DNA from: Ophelia neglecta
Lineage: Eukaryota
Assembly (NCBI GenBank): GCA_965285935.1
Contig: OZ260664.1
Location: forward strand, 52,576,001 to 52,640,000
DNA: 64,000 nucleotides
Reading direction: 5' to 3'
Part shown: positions 15,060-27,420 of the stretch, in pieces
Numbering within the stretch: the stretch's first letter is position 1
How the letters are laid out: each line of letters starts with the position of its first letter
Notes under the pieces: generated by a model
The model's input: the letters and a program-made list of their open reading frames with translations, nothing else
What the model was told of the DNA's origin: nothing
Database searches by the model: none
Translations under genes and position numbers: made by a program

Positions 15060-15260
15060 TTGTTCCAGGTCAAATTAGTTGTTAAAGTGACTTTAAATTA
15101 ATTTATAAGATAATAGGGACTGTTTCAAGGGTATTGTCGTAGAGAGTGTACTCTGCGGGCAAAATGCAGAGACACAACCAATTCTTGATATATGTAGAAA
15201 AGGAACATAGAGGGACCAATAACTTGGCTCTGTGGTACACCTGATATTACTACTGCCTGG
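15060..15260 (-). mobile_element. CR1/L2-group LINE reverse-transcriptase remnant
   Basis: Minus strand of 15184-15257 reads AVVISGVPQSQVIGPSMFLFYIYQ, matching [22 protein letters not shown]. It is followed by LHFA.. where LFADD is expected. Confidence 0.7.
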
Positions 15261-16149
15261 TATAAGCTATATCCTTCATAAAACACCACATGAGTGGATA
15301 TTTAAGGACTTTTCCAATTCATACTTTAGTTTTGTTGTATTGATTTACGTGGCCTTCGACTGTTGATCATGCTGGTTTTGGAGCGATTTAAAGTCCCATT
15401 CATTATTATTGATGTTTTCTCTGTTGTACGGGTATTCATTCGAACTTGTTTCCTGGTCTTCCGTTCTGTCTACCCAGGCACTCTTTCCTGCGTGGCTAAC
15501 AGTGTCACTTTGGGCACAGATTCATTGCTAATAATGGACAACTATATTATAGCCAGAGGTCCGAGCGATGTCCTTTGTTATAATGACTCGTGTTAGGCTA
15601 TTTGCAATGACGAGGTCTAAAATATTCTGTATTCAAGCTGGTTTCTACGACATCTGTTCCGTTTAATTCAAATATCTCCAAAGTCGCGGTGCAGTGCCAC
15701 GAGCCTTAGGGTTTATACTTATAATGCTTCATCTCATCTATACTGGACCTGCGTATTGTCGACGTTCATAACGACGTTGTATCTTCTTGTTAATTTTTTT
15801 TAAATATTTAAAATATTAAAATTGGAACTTTTGGATAAGCTTGCTTTGCTTCAAATAGGTAACAAAAAGCAGAATGTGTAAGACCTAACTCATAACAAGT
15901 AGAAGTCAAAATGTATATGAAATCTATTGATGCTTACAAAGTACATAATTATCCATTATCTGAATTGTTAATTTTATGGCGACGAATGTTTGCCTAGAAT
16001 TTTTCTCGCAGATATTGACGTTAAATAAGATTCATACATTATACAGCATTCTACTATTTTCGCTAGTCGATTCTCATTAGGAATTCCGTGCCATCTTTTC
16101 GCCCATGCCTGCAGCCGCCGATACCCAGGGGAAATATGTCTTAATAGAA

Positions 16150-16210
16150 CAATAATCGGATTCCAGATTGTAGTCAAGCGTTGCTTAGTCTGACCAATGC
16201 GGTTTGGTGA
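16150..16210 (-). mobile_element. Possible GIY-YIG endonuclease fragment (Penelope-like)
   Basis: Minus strand reads RIGQTKQRLTTIWN (cf. YIGQTKR.L.TR..EH). Single short motif. Confidence 0.3.
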
Positions 16211-19200
16211 ACCATTTCAGTTACTCCTCCTACGATGAAAGGTATCGGAGCTAAAGCGTGTTGTAAGAAGCCAACAAAAAAATGTTCCCTATTTTGGCTA
16301 TAAAATGATCTTGGCCTATATAAATATATAATATTCGGTTATCACAACCCATTTAATTTTCTCTCCAGTGATTATTTGTCACGAAATAAACTTTTATTGC
16401 CTGAGTACGCGAAGTGTGATTCTAATTGTGTATACATTGTGAGAAATCGATGATATAAAAACCAACAGACTTTACGTCAACAGGGATAATCAAGTGTCCT
16501 ATACACGCGAACCCTAAAGCTTATTTCAATTAAATTCCGGCAGGAAGTAGGCAGTAACCACTTGCGCCTCCTTTGTTATTGTTTGCTCTTTCACATAAGT
16601 ATTCACACATCCTTCTGGGATAGGGTTAGTCAAAGATTAGACTTTAAATAGATCGGTATTTTGGTATTTTCAGAGAATGTACAGAGTGTCTAAATACGGT
16701 CTCAGATTTCGAATGCTGCTATGTCGTAAGAATATTTTCCATGACTTTGCAATATGGGGCGTAGGCTTCTCACAACATGTCGTACAAGAATGACATAGGC
16801 ATCCGTTAACATTTTATTTTACTATTAAGTACTCGTAAATACTGAGCATGACTTAGTGGTTAGTCATATAAAATGGCTAATCTACGTTTTAGTGAGGCAA
16901 CAGTAAATGAGAAAAAGTATGGCCCGGATTTATTTCTCCATACATGTAGCACGAGAGTGTCATGTATCAGCCTATGTTCCGGTTACTGTCAAAGCTATTA
17001 CTATGACCAACGCGCCATTGAATGGTCGGTGGACAAATAAGAATTCGCCGATGAACAAGAATGTTCAATTAAATAAAGGAATATTGCTTAGGGTGTTTGC
17101 AAATCTCTGTCAGTGATCTTGTGAAGCTTCAAAATTGTACACTGCATGTGCGATTTTAAAATGGTGCGCTTAAGTTGTTGGTAGACTAGGGTTTTTTTAG
17201 GAACCATCAGCCGCAGGCCAACATACATCAATCTCCAGCTCCCAAACAATGAATAAACTTGAGACATGAAAACATAAAATTGATATAGCTTGCACTGAGG
17301 AGTAGTCAACAGTGTTCCATTATGCGAGTCATAGCACCAAGCAGACGAACAGTTGCGCTTCAGCTCGTTGCTTTCTTTGTACGGCGTTTCAGAGCAATCA
17401 TCACTTTTCGATTTAACTCCACCTATCGTATTACGGGCAAAACACATTTATTTCAAATTGTTGACCCAATTTCATCCATTACAATGCAACCTAGAACATT
17501 ATTCGTAATATGTTGTTTCTACATGGAGCGGTAGAGTGAAAATATATAAAGCAGAGAAAAATAGCAACGGACGTTCTCACATTGTGCTTGCATCTTTGAA
17601 TAGACGAGTCGCCTCTACATTAATGGGAAGGCCTAACTTAAGAGGTCTTGTTTGGTAGGAAGCGACGTAAGTGTACCCTTTGATGATCTGTTACCTGTCC
17701 GCCGATATGGCTGTATACAAATTACGTCCCATGGCTCCGTAGTCTCCCTGGGCGAATGGCAACTTCATTTATTCATTACGCTGTGTTTGCATTACACTCT
17801 GATTTAGTGAATGGAATGGCACAAGTGAAAAGCGGCCCATTTCACAAAGGCTGACTACTGGGATGAAAAATCGTAATGGATTCCCGGTCCCTGTATTCAG
17901 AACCTGTTCGGCGATTAAGTCTCAAAAGTCGTTCCGCATTTACCTGGAACCATCATCTGCTTCACACTATGCAGAGGGTATGATATAATCCTATGGATAT
18001 GAGAGTTTTCTGATTAATATGAAAGGAATACATGTACGTTGCCAAAAAGGGTTTCATAAGTAATACAAACACAATTCTTTTACCCGTTTAGACTAATACG
18101 ATTATTATAGCTACAGACAGTCTCATTTAATTTGAATCTTTCAAGTTAATTGAACAACCGCCATAACTGCTCCCACATTCATTCAATTGATTTTTCTTTT
18201 GACAAGCACGCTAAATTAATTATTTATCATGTCGATAACGGGTTTATTATTCCGTGTTAAAAAGAACGGTATAATAAATTACCAATACTCTTTCAAATAC
18301 TTAATCAATGATAATCAGCCCCAGGCTGTTAAGGTGGCTATCGTTAGCGGCACATCCTCCACCTTAACTGGTTTGAAACACTAGGTGAAAGTTCGCTTGC
18401 TACACGTATAAAACAAATGTGTTTTTATGTCACGAATGGGGCTAGGATTTTCTATCGCATCGATCATTGACTTTTTTTAACAAGTTTTGATGTTGAATTT
18501 TGGCGAGGAGGCGTACATGAAAATTCCAATCACGTCTGGCGTATCAGAAAGCACGTTACTTAAACTTTCAGGTTTCAAAGGGTCAAAGGATTCGCTAGAA
18601 TCACAGTATGCTTTGATCATGATCGTAAAGAGATACGTAACTGTACTGTTTTTTGGGGGATTTTCAAGCATGTGGTCAATTTAACATGGCCAGCACTGTT
18701 TGAAGCCGTGCAATATTCACGCCCAGTGGAGTTATCTAGTTTTTAGAACATTTTATCCATTCTATGACTGCGAGAAATTTTACTTGTGAGAACCAGTTGA
18801 TGAGTTGAGAGAAGGCTTTTTCAAGTCCCTGCTTGGCAGTATACCACGTAGTTACGTGTTGCGTGATGTATGTGCCTGCTCCTTGTCAAAGCTGACCACT
18901 CGTTCTCCGAGCCATTGGTAGTGACAGGTTGAATGACAAATGCACCATTTCCACGCTCCCCAGGGACATTTACTATGCGGTGTTCGTGTGTATCAGTAAG
19001 AGAGATCATCTGAACTGTCAGTGAATCTACAGATATAATTGTTTTATATCTGCCTTCTCGTGGACATAGATTCAAGTTCTACGAATACCAAAATATTGTT
19101 AAATTAATATGATAAATTTTGGGAGGCAATCTGAAGAATGAATCACAAATCAGAACCTGGCAAATCAAACTGCTTCTGCCGTTTAAGGAAATTTTTGTTT

Positions 19201-21139
19201 GTGTTCTCTGTGCTATGGCAAAAGAAGGCGTTTATAGGCAGTATAATATGGAGTCAAAATTCCATATATTCAGATTGCAGGTTGATTTCTGCTGTATTCC
19301 GTTGATAAAAACGACCCGGCGCCAAAAATAGGATTTTTCTAGCCAGAATGAACATTCAATACTGAAAGTAACAAAAAACAGCATTTACATTTTATTTTGG
19401 GAAACAAATAAATTATATTTTTAAATAGTTTGAAAGTGGTGAGAATAGGAGGAAGTAATCGAATAAGGCAGTTATACCTATAGTTCTCTCACATGTTTCT
19501 ATTGAGTAAAAATGGAAGTCACACCTTTCGTGCATACCTCAAACAACGGACATTTTTCTGTGTGTTGCCACATACATGTATATAACGTGGCGATAGACCT
19601 TAATTACTATGGTGCTCTTGCAGGAGATCTCTATTATCGAGTTGTTGCCTCTCTGCCTGGTATTCCATCCTGAGATTACATCCATGGACAAACGACATTT
19701 TTATTTATTCATTACACATTCTTGGCCATGAACTTTAATTACGTGGAAGCCTGTCTCAGGTGGTACGTAGCACTTATTTAAACTACAGTAATTGGTGCGA
19801 ATTTTCCGGGGAAGCCGACAGTACTAAAAATATAAGTCGCACTTGCGAAATAAGCCAAATCAGAATACGTTGCATTCAATTTGCTGGCTCTAAATGATCA
19901 CACGGAGTTTCCGTTTCAGGACGTTTATAAGCACCCAACAGTCAAGTTCCTTGTACACACAGGAGTCCAGTTTTGTATGGAACGATATCTTAAGTTTTAT
20001 CTGCTAAGTACTTGTTTATATGAGTAGCTTATCACACTTATTAAGGAGCTGACTTCTCTGTCAGAGAATATATTGATTTTAAAAATCATTGATAATCAAA
20101 TCAATGAACAGTTGCGGGAGATACAAAAATGCTTTTATTTATACCAAGAAAGACAATGTTGAAACTATTTGAATACAAGGGAAAGTATGCTAGGCATTAT
20201 AAAAAAATGTCATGTAATCCTCAATTAAACCGCTTGTGGATATAGTATGGGAAACTGTGCCCTAAGAGTTCATTTTACTTGTTATATTTCAATTGGTAGA
20301 TTTGGAAATGCGGACTGTTTAGGTAAACTTAGGGTTGGTTGCCCATAGGGAAAATAAATGCTGCAAAAGGCATCTAAAATGTGGTTGCTCAGTTTATATT
20401 ATGTCCGTTCCAATGTTTGCTCAAATCAGGCCCATACTAGTCTGCCTGTCCCTTTATGGCTTTCCTGCGGCAATTCACAAAACATATTGTTGTAACAAGG
20501 TAACGGTTTTATATCATTTATTATGATTGGACAACTAGAACTAAAGAAGCAGAGTTGGGCTGCATCAAATGGAAATTCGTTGCAGACATATTCAATCATG
20601 TTTTGAAGTAACAATAATCACATATGATACGTTTTGAGTTTTATAACAAGGTTGCATTCAACCAGATGCTTACGACCAGAAAAATGAGCTAGTCAGCAGT
20701 TTATTTTAGTTTAACAGTCACGGGCCATGTAATAAGATCTCTTCCAGGGGTGATGAAATCGATTTAGAATCAGGGCTTTTGAAATGCTATGACATAGATT
20801 AAGATTTGTCAGTGCGAATTTGGGTGTTTATGGCTGAAACTTCTAAAACTGTTTGAATGATGTTTTAGAAACCATAATGTTGTTACTGCAATCATCCAGT
20901 AGACATTTTGTATTTTGTGGGCTTAAGTGATGGCTTCATTAGTTATATTCTAAGCGTGTTCAGCAATTTGATTGCTTTTAATGATCGAACATTATCTTGA
21001 AGACAGTTTGTTCTGATTTCAAATGTTTCATTTGCACATTGTTCATTATTTCTACACATTGTCCTGAATACTTGTTAGTGTTTACTATTGATTCTTAAAC
21101 GTAATTACATTCTGGTGCACCTTCATTATTATTTATTTC

Positions 21140-21430
21140 TAAATTTCAATTTTCAAGTTAGTGCCTTGTCATATATTTTGCAATCACAGTTATTGGAAGG
21201 GAAAGTGCGCCCAGCTTGAACAATATAAGTCTGATTTTTGGCCATTTTCAGTTACAATAAACAGATAACTTCATAAATATAACATAAATTTGTGAGCATG
21301 TTTGAGCAGGGCAGAACATGACGTTTTTATTTCTGTCAAAAGTAGGGTCCTTAATGATGATAATTTGACCTAGTGTAGTCTCCAAGTATTTGAAAGGGAA
21401 ATTAGTCCACCCGAGTTTATCCTAGGCCAT
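21140..21430 (-). mobile_element. Eroded L1/Tx1 ORF2 remnant (post-RT region)
   Basis: Ordered minus-strand motifs KLGWTNFPFKYL (cf. LKW..EP.KYLG), KLGALSLP (cf. EGGL.LP), DKAL. Confidence 0.45.
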
Positions 21431-22129
21431 ACAGTCTCCTATGACCTACATTTATTTGCATGTCTTTTCTTGAAAAAAAAAAATAGTAAATGTCTACGAC
21501 GTTATGGTAACAAAACAATTAACATAGATAAAGAAAAAAATCACCCTAACACATTATGTAAAACCAAGTACTGTGTCTATGGTGCTGCACAGTAAGCATT
21601 TAAGCTCAACAAACGACTTTTCAGGATGCATCAAATGCCGTTAATGCATCGACTCGATGCCCAACGCCAGCATGCTTCTACGTGACAGAAGCACACTTCT
21701 TTTTTGCGCCTTGCAGGTTGAGTTTTGTAACAACTTTCTGGGCATGGAAACGATTGGTACGGTGAGGAGAATAAGTATATGCACTCATTCAAAATACATT
21801 GTGAGAAACCGATGAGTATAACTGTCTTTTGTATATTTATTTACTAAATGTAGATTATTGAAATGTACAGTTTAATTGAAGAGGACTTTTTGCTACTGAT
21901 AATATTAGACCATCTATAACTAACCTGTTCTTTATTCTCAAAGAGTAAACTTTTGTTAGATAAAGGAACAATGAATTACTTCCGCTTCCTGATGAGGCGC
22001 GCGTGTGACATTGTATCAATTGCCTAACACATTTTGCAAAATTATATGTTCAATATCAACCCACTAAGTGTCGATGGATTTGTTTCATGTTTTCTTGATA
22101 ATCAATACGCCCTTGTGAAATCTTTGTTG

Positions 22130-22520
22130 CACTGCCATTGGATGATCCATGCTGATGGACTGTTGAAGTAGCTTTGTCTATTTACCCACACCGTGCTCCT
22201 GGACACAGCCACCCAACGCATGGCAATTCACCCGAGACTGCTTAAAATGTGTTAAACTACTTACAAATTAGTGTGTCCAATCTACGAAGCTCATCATGGT
22301 AATGTACACACAAGGGGTTTAACGGCTTTCAGCTCCCATTTGAAGCTCCAATTGGAAGTTCTTTTTGTTTTTCTAGCAATGGATTATGACGCCATTAGAA
22401 ACTGAGCAGTCTTAAAAACGATTGCCAGGATATTTCAAGCAGAGTTTCCAAGGGGAGACAATTCTCCATAATTACTTGCACGCACGGGCCAAATGAACAA
22501 TTAAATTCTTTTTGGAGGTA
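22130..22520 (-). mobile_element. Possible Hero/NeSL-type non-LTR retrotransposon remnant (zinc-knuckle region)
   Basis: Minus-strand QFLMAS ... KWELKAVKPLVCTL ... HILSS, resembling 'SFLIRS.YD...NL..W...P.C.LC...HILSGC'. Heavily degraded. Confidence 0.3.
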
Positions 22521-23503
22521 AAAAAGTGATGCTGCTTCCGTTGCCATCTACTGCAAAGTAAATAAGGATGGAGTCACGATAACGTCATAGATCTCTGAAG
22601 AGTTCCAGACTCTTTTGTTCCTTTGGCTCATGCGTGTTTGTGTATATTGTCTCTAATGCCTATATTATTCAAAATGCTGAGGTCCATCAATTCAGTTGCT
22701 GGTGATTGTATAAGTATATAGAGTCTGTTTCTTTATCCACCATATCCCACATTTGAGTGCGTCAATGACTGGAGGTGAACAGGTAAAAAGGGGGTCCTTG
22801 TCCCTATCACTCCTTCTCAAGCTCCATATCGCAGAGTTATTGACAGTGATATTGTAAGAATGAGTAACAGATCCCCTTTCAGGGCAGAGGTATCTTGTTC
22901 ACGTGCAGAGAAGACTGAACCCTGGAAGGGCACTGTCATCAAATAGCCTTTATCAAACGTCTTTATAAGCACCATAAAACAACATCAGAATATTAACTAA
23001 CCTTATAAAATGCGGTTTTATCAGGCACGATCAACTACTGGCCACAGTTTTCATATGTTGATTCGGTTTTTTATAACATGACACACTACACTGCAATAGG
23101 CTGCTTTTTATATGTAATTTATCATAACAAAGAAGCTTATAATCATTTAACAATGAGTAAATCAAGGCAGCTCAATTGCTTGTAAACATAAAAATATGCA
23201 TTCTTCATATACTTTTCATATAAAAGACTGATTTTGTTTATACATCAGTTAATAAAAAAACAGTCTATTGATCAAATAGATTAAGGAAAGCAAATAGAAC
23301 TAGACCATTAAGACCGGTAAGGCATATATAGGATTATCAACTAAGAGAAACATTCCACAGTTTGCCCCCCACGTGACTAAACTCAAAAACTTTCGAACCA
23401 TGTCTTTTTAACATGTTTTATTCAACGGCAATTTTAAATCGGCACACGGAAGAGAAGCATACGGCATAAAGAAGTCCAAGATGGAAACGAACCAGTATTA
23501 AGT

Positions 23504-24320
23504 TTATCCGATATCTTCTAGATGTTGTAACAGGTCCTTAATGGCTTTTTTTCGAAACCACATTGGTTTGTCGTCAGAGTAACGAAAGACGGCAGCTCCT
23601 TGACAGTTTGTTAAGATTTCGTAAACAGTGCTGAAAGATTTTAGGTAGTGCATTTTTAAGACTCTGCTACGAACCTGTGTTTCGTATGGGTCGCAAGGAA
23701 CTTGATATGATATAAATAATTTCCTCAATTGGAGTTTGAATAAATTAATGGGTGTTATTGCATTGATTATTTGTATAGTAAAGGCCCAATTCTTCAGAAA
23801 AAAAACTAAAAAATAGCCTTTCCAAATAAATACAATATTATTTATTGCTTTGTCAACTAAAACTAGAACAAAGTGCATATCGCGATTTTACTTCTGGATT
23901 TTCTAGAACTGGAGCAGGAGGTTGGGCAATCTTATAACGTTACTTGTTGCGATAGTCTGTGTGCAATGCTTCAAGCCAATCCATCAGGGAAGACCGCATC
24001 CTCCCGCTTTATCTAGTCCAATGCATACTTGTCAACAGCCTCATATATAATTTTGTGGTATGCTTCCCATGAGATTCTACTCTGTTCCCTGTATTTAGTA
24101 TCTTTGGATATAATTGTTCTAAGTTGAGTATTAGTAATGAAGTCGAGGTTACCACTTACAACATGGCCACATTTATCATACTTAAAAATTGCGATAACTG
24201 TGCGTTATAACGCAAGCAGGGTTCACTGTATTCAATGGTTGAAACTCCGTTACTGACTGAGCAAACTTACAAATCTTAGATTTATGATATGTGTGACTGA
24301 TTATGGGTTGAGCTGAGTTA
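23504..24320 (-). mobile_element. Penelope-like element (Neptune/Naiad-type) RT N-terminal remnant, frameshifted
   Basis: Colinear minus-strand motifs: QPIISHTYHK (~24300), FKYDKCGHVVSGNLDFITNTQLRTIISKDTKYRE (24085-24185; cf. GHV.TGDL.I..N..LR.L..KGPKYRE), FVLVLVDKAINNIVFI (~23850; cf. VPADKASNNIVFIC), HRFVAES*KCTT*NLS (~23670; cf. RFIAGSSKCTTKPLS), PMWFRKKAIKDLLQHL (cf. NQMWILKNSKDLL). Confidence 0.8.
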
Positions 24321-26879
24321 GGAGATTGCACGATAACCTCCGCCTGCCTATGGTATCTGCTTTATTCAAATTACTGTAATCAGGGCTTGCGAACCAATCT
24401 CATCCATTTCTTAACGTCTTAGACGATTCTACTAATTAGGCCGACTTTTCTTCATATGCGTTAGATATTCCCCCAAGCACTGCATATCAATAACCAGTCA
24501 CAGCGACATAAGTTTTTCTTCTTGGTTTCTAGATTAATGATCATGCTTTGTCCGTCGGCTTCACTCCCGTTCCTTCTCGGTCATACATCTGTATGCCGTT
24601 AAACTTCATTTGTGATTACTAATTACAGTTATGCACCCGATCCAATCATTCATTTGCAACCCTGCATAAGTTATTAGTTTTCTAGTAAACGTTGTATGAA
24701 GATGAATAAAACGTTCTGTATTGAGTAATTATTTGAAAAGTTACTCTTGGCATCATAGGAAGTTTTTTATATATTCATTTTAACGTTTTATGTGCATGTG
24801 GGGTCGTGTTAAATGTACATTTCTTTAAGAAAGGAGATGGTTGGTCATCGAGTTAATTAAATTGAAAAGTATGGCATTGTTATTTTAAGTGTCTCGTAAT
24901 TAGAAATTGTAGTAAACAGAGGCAAGTCCTGAGTACTGAATACAAAATGATTCAAAAGAAAGAGTAGTTCAGCACTGGCAATTTCAAACCATGACAGGGC
25001 GTTTATTTTTCTGATTGCACACCCATAAAAACATTCAAAGTTTTTGCCGTATTGGACAAAGTGCTGTTGCACAGATTCAAAATAGCAGGCGAGCTTTTGA
25101 ATGCCTGAGTTAGTATTGGGAACAGACAACACAAGAATTCATGAATATAGTTTAAGTTAAGTTAGTTTTAACGTTAAAGCTCGGTCCCATTGCAAAAATG
25201 GATACATCAGACTTGATTTCGACTAGGATCTCGTCAAGAGGTGAAACACGGGATTGGATACGGACAGACAAAAACAAATCGTTATTCAAGAAGTGTCCAA
25301 CAAATCGGTCGAAATTAAGCATAAGCAACCGCAGCGCCACAAACATCTAACGGAATTTAATCATAAAAACCTAAAATGAAAAGGAAATGTGCTAAAAGTA
25401 AATTGAGAAAGTATGACTACCAGCATATATACCACTGGCCAAGATGAATCATTTTGGCACTCCCCTATGAACGGAATCCTAGCAGCAGCTCTTATTTATG
25501 GCACCATCAATAAGTCAATCGTAATGCAGCTGGGAGCAAACCAAACCACCTGTGTCCAAAGCATTGAATGAAGTTCTCTGACTGGTCGTCCTTGTATTAT
25601 TTACTCTTTTCCCCATAAGCAAAATGTCATAATTCAAGGCAGATTTATATGCTGACTTAGACGGTATATGCATATTACATGCTTTACAAAGGATCTACAT
25701 TGCCTTTGTCTGCTTAACGATCTTTGCCATTAAATTGTGATGCGAACTGGTTATGTTAATCATTGACAAATGTTATATGTCAACCATATCGTTGTTGGAG
25801 GGTAGAACGTTGCGAACTTCACTTGAATTACTTCATGATGTCCATCGTTTCAGTGACATATTACGTTAACGAGAGAAACGAATCCATCGTTGTTTCTCGT
25901 AGGCGTTTTTCATGTTCGTCCTACCTACATCACTTATTCCTATTTGTGTTGTGTAACTCACTTCCCGGAAAACTGTTGGCTACTTCTATTTCGCACATGG
26001 TGAGTTAGTGTGGTTTTTTTAAACCCGACAATCCATACATACATGTACATACAATAAACATTAAGAAACTGGGAATTACATGATACCCGTGAAGGTATTT
26101 TTGAAATACAATGACCGTGCAATATCCCTCACCCCTAAAAATAAAGTTGGACGCTTTTTACGGTTCAAAAATCAACTATAATTGTTTCGGAATTTTTCCA
26201 TATTGATCCAGCATTCTAACGGGACCATATGCTACAGCGATACAGAACTGCGAAAAGAATGATTTAACTAAGCATTAATTAAGAAGCATATAGGTTATCC
26301 GTTTTTCTTAGTGATATTTGTTTCCTTAAATATAAACCCACATCAGCGAAAATGGTTAATGTTATTAATAAGCAAGTTAAATGAGTGCTAAATCTTGCTT
26401 TAAATTGAAATGTCGTACATAAGGTCGTGGGCAATTTATCGATATTTAATAACATATACGTACAAGACAAATATCAAGCTATCCTAAAACCTAAAGTTAA
26501 TATCATTCCGAAACATGCTCCACTCTTATAGCTATTTTATATTAACATGGCCCCACTTTAATACCGACGAGTAGCGTCAACTTAATCATGCACCGTTATT
26601 TGTTTATTCAGTTATCTGAAGACATGCTGCACACATTTACAATGTATCTCTTTACTTATGTTTCGCCTTCATTCACGCCTTGCGTTGATCTCCGGGCTCA
26701 ATTAATGTGTTTGTTTGACTTACAACGAGATGAGCTGTGTGTGGAATACTTCTCATTGCAGGTGATTCTATGTAGGTTTATTTTTTTCGATACCTTTTAA
26801 AGTTTGATTAGTTTTTTAATTATAATTATAATAATTATAATTGTCTGTATTTGTAAGGATCGATACATGGTTGGGGCCG

Positions 26880-27420
26880 ATTGTATAACAAATCATTGGT
26901 TTTACACCAATGCACGGTAGTACAATAATCAATCTCACTGTAATAGGATCATCTGATTGTACTCCCCAAGGAATGTAGGTAATATCATAATGGCAGATTT
27001 GCTCAGTATTCCAGTATGGCAATCCCAAAGGATAATTTCCCTTCTACACTTTTAAAACTATAGATCTTTTGAAATCAATACTTTTCCATTAAATGCTGAA
27101 TGGTCATTCATCATTTCCTTTTCTCAGGAGATATGTAGGATCGAGCCAGGTGAAAGCTGTTTCCATATTTATGACTGATCTCTTATTAATTATGGGCAAA
27201 TTGCAGTACGTCTATTAGTCGAATATGAATACTTGTTAGAAAATAACTATCAGTAGATATGCTTTTTGTTCAGCGTAGGTATTTGAGATGGTGGAGCTTT
27301 TACCACTTTTTAATCAATGCTGCTGTTTTATCTACCGGACAACCACTCTCGGTTTTTTAAGGAATGATCTACCCACTTTATCCTGCACTTTTTCTTGACT
27401 TTCCAATACGGTTAAACATG
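26880..27420 (-). mobile_element. L1/Tx1 LINE reverse-transcriptase remnant
   Basis: Colinear minus-strand motifs LKKPRVV..INSSID*KVVKA (cf. LKNWRPISLLN.DYKI), YAEQKAYL, HIRLIDVLQFA (~27215), INMETAFTWLDPTYLL (~27160; cf. LDMEKAFDRV.W.YL), WGVQSDDPITVRLII (~26950; cf. RGVRQGDPLSP.LF). Confidence 0.75.

Noticed and set aside
23549-23580. Minus-strand CTGACGA-c-AAACCA-atg-TGGTTT-c-GAAA hammerhead-like core
   Set aside because: The 10.1-11.1 pair is C-C, I found no stem I/III partners, and it overlaps the RT coding motif (NQMW-like), so it is probably coincidental.
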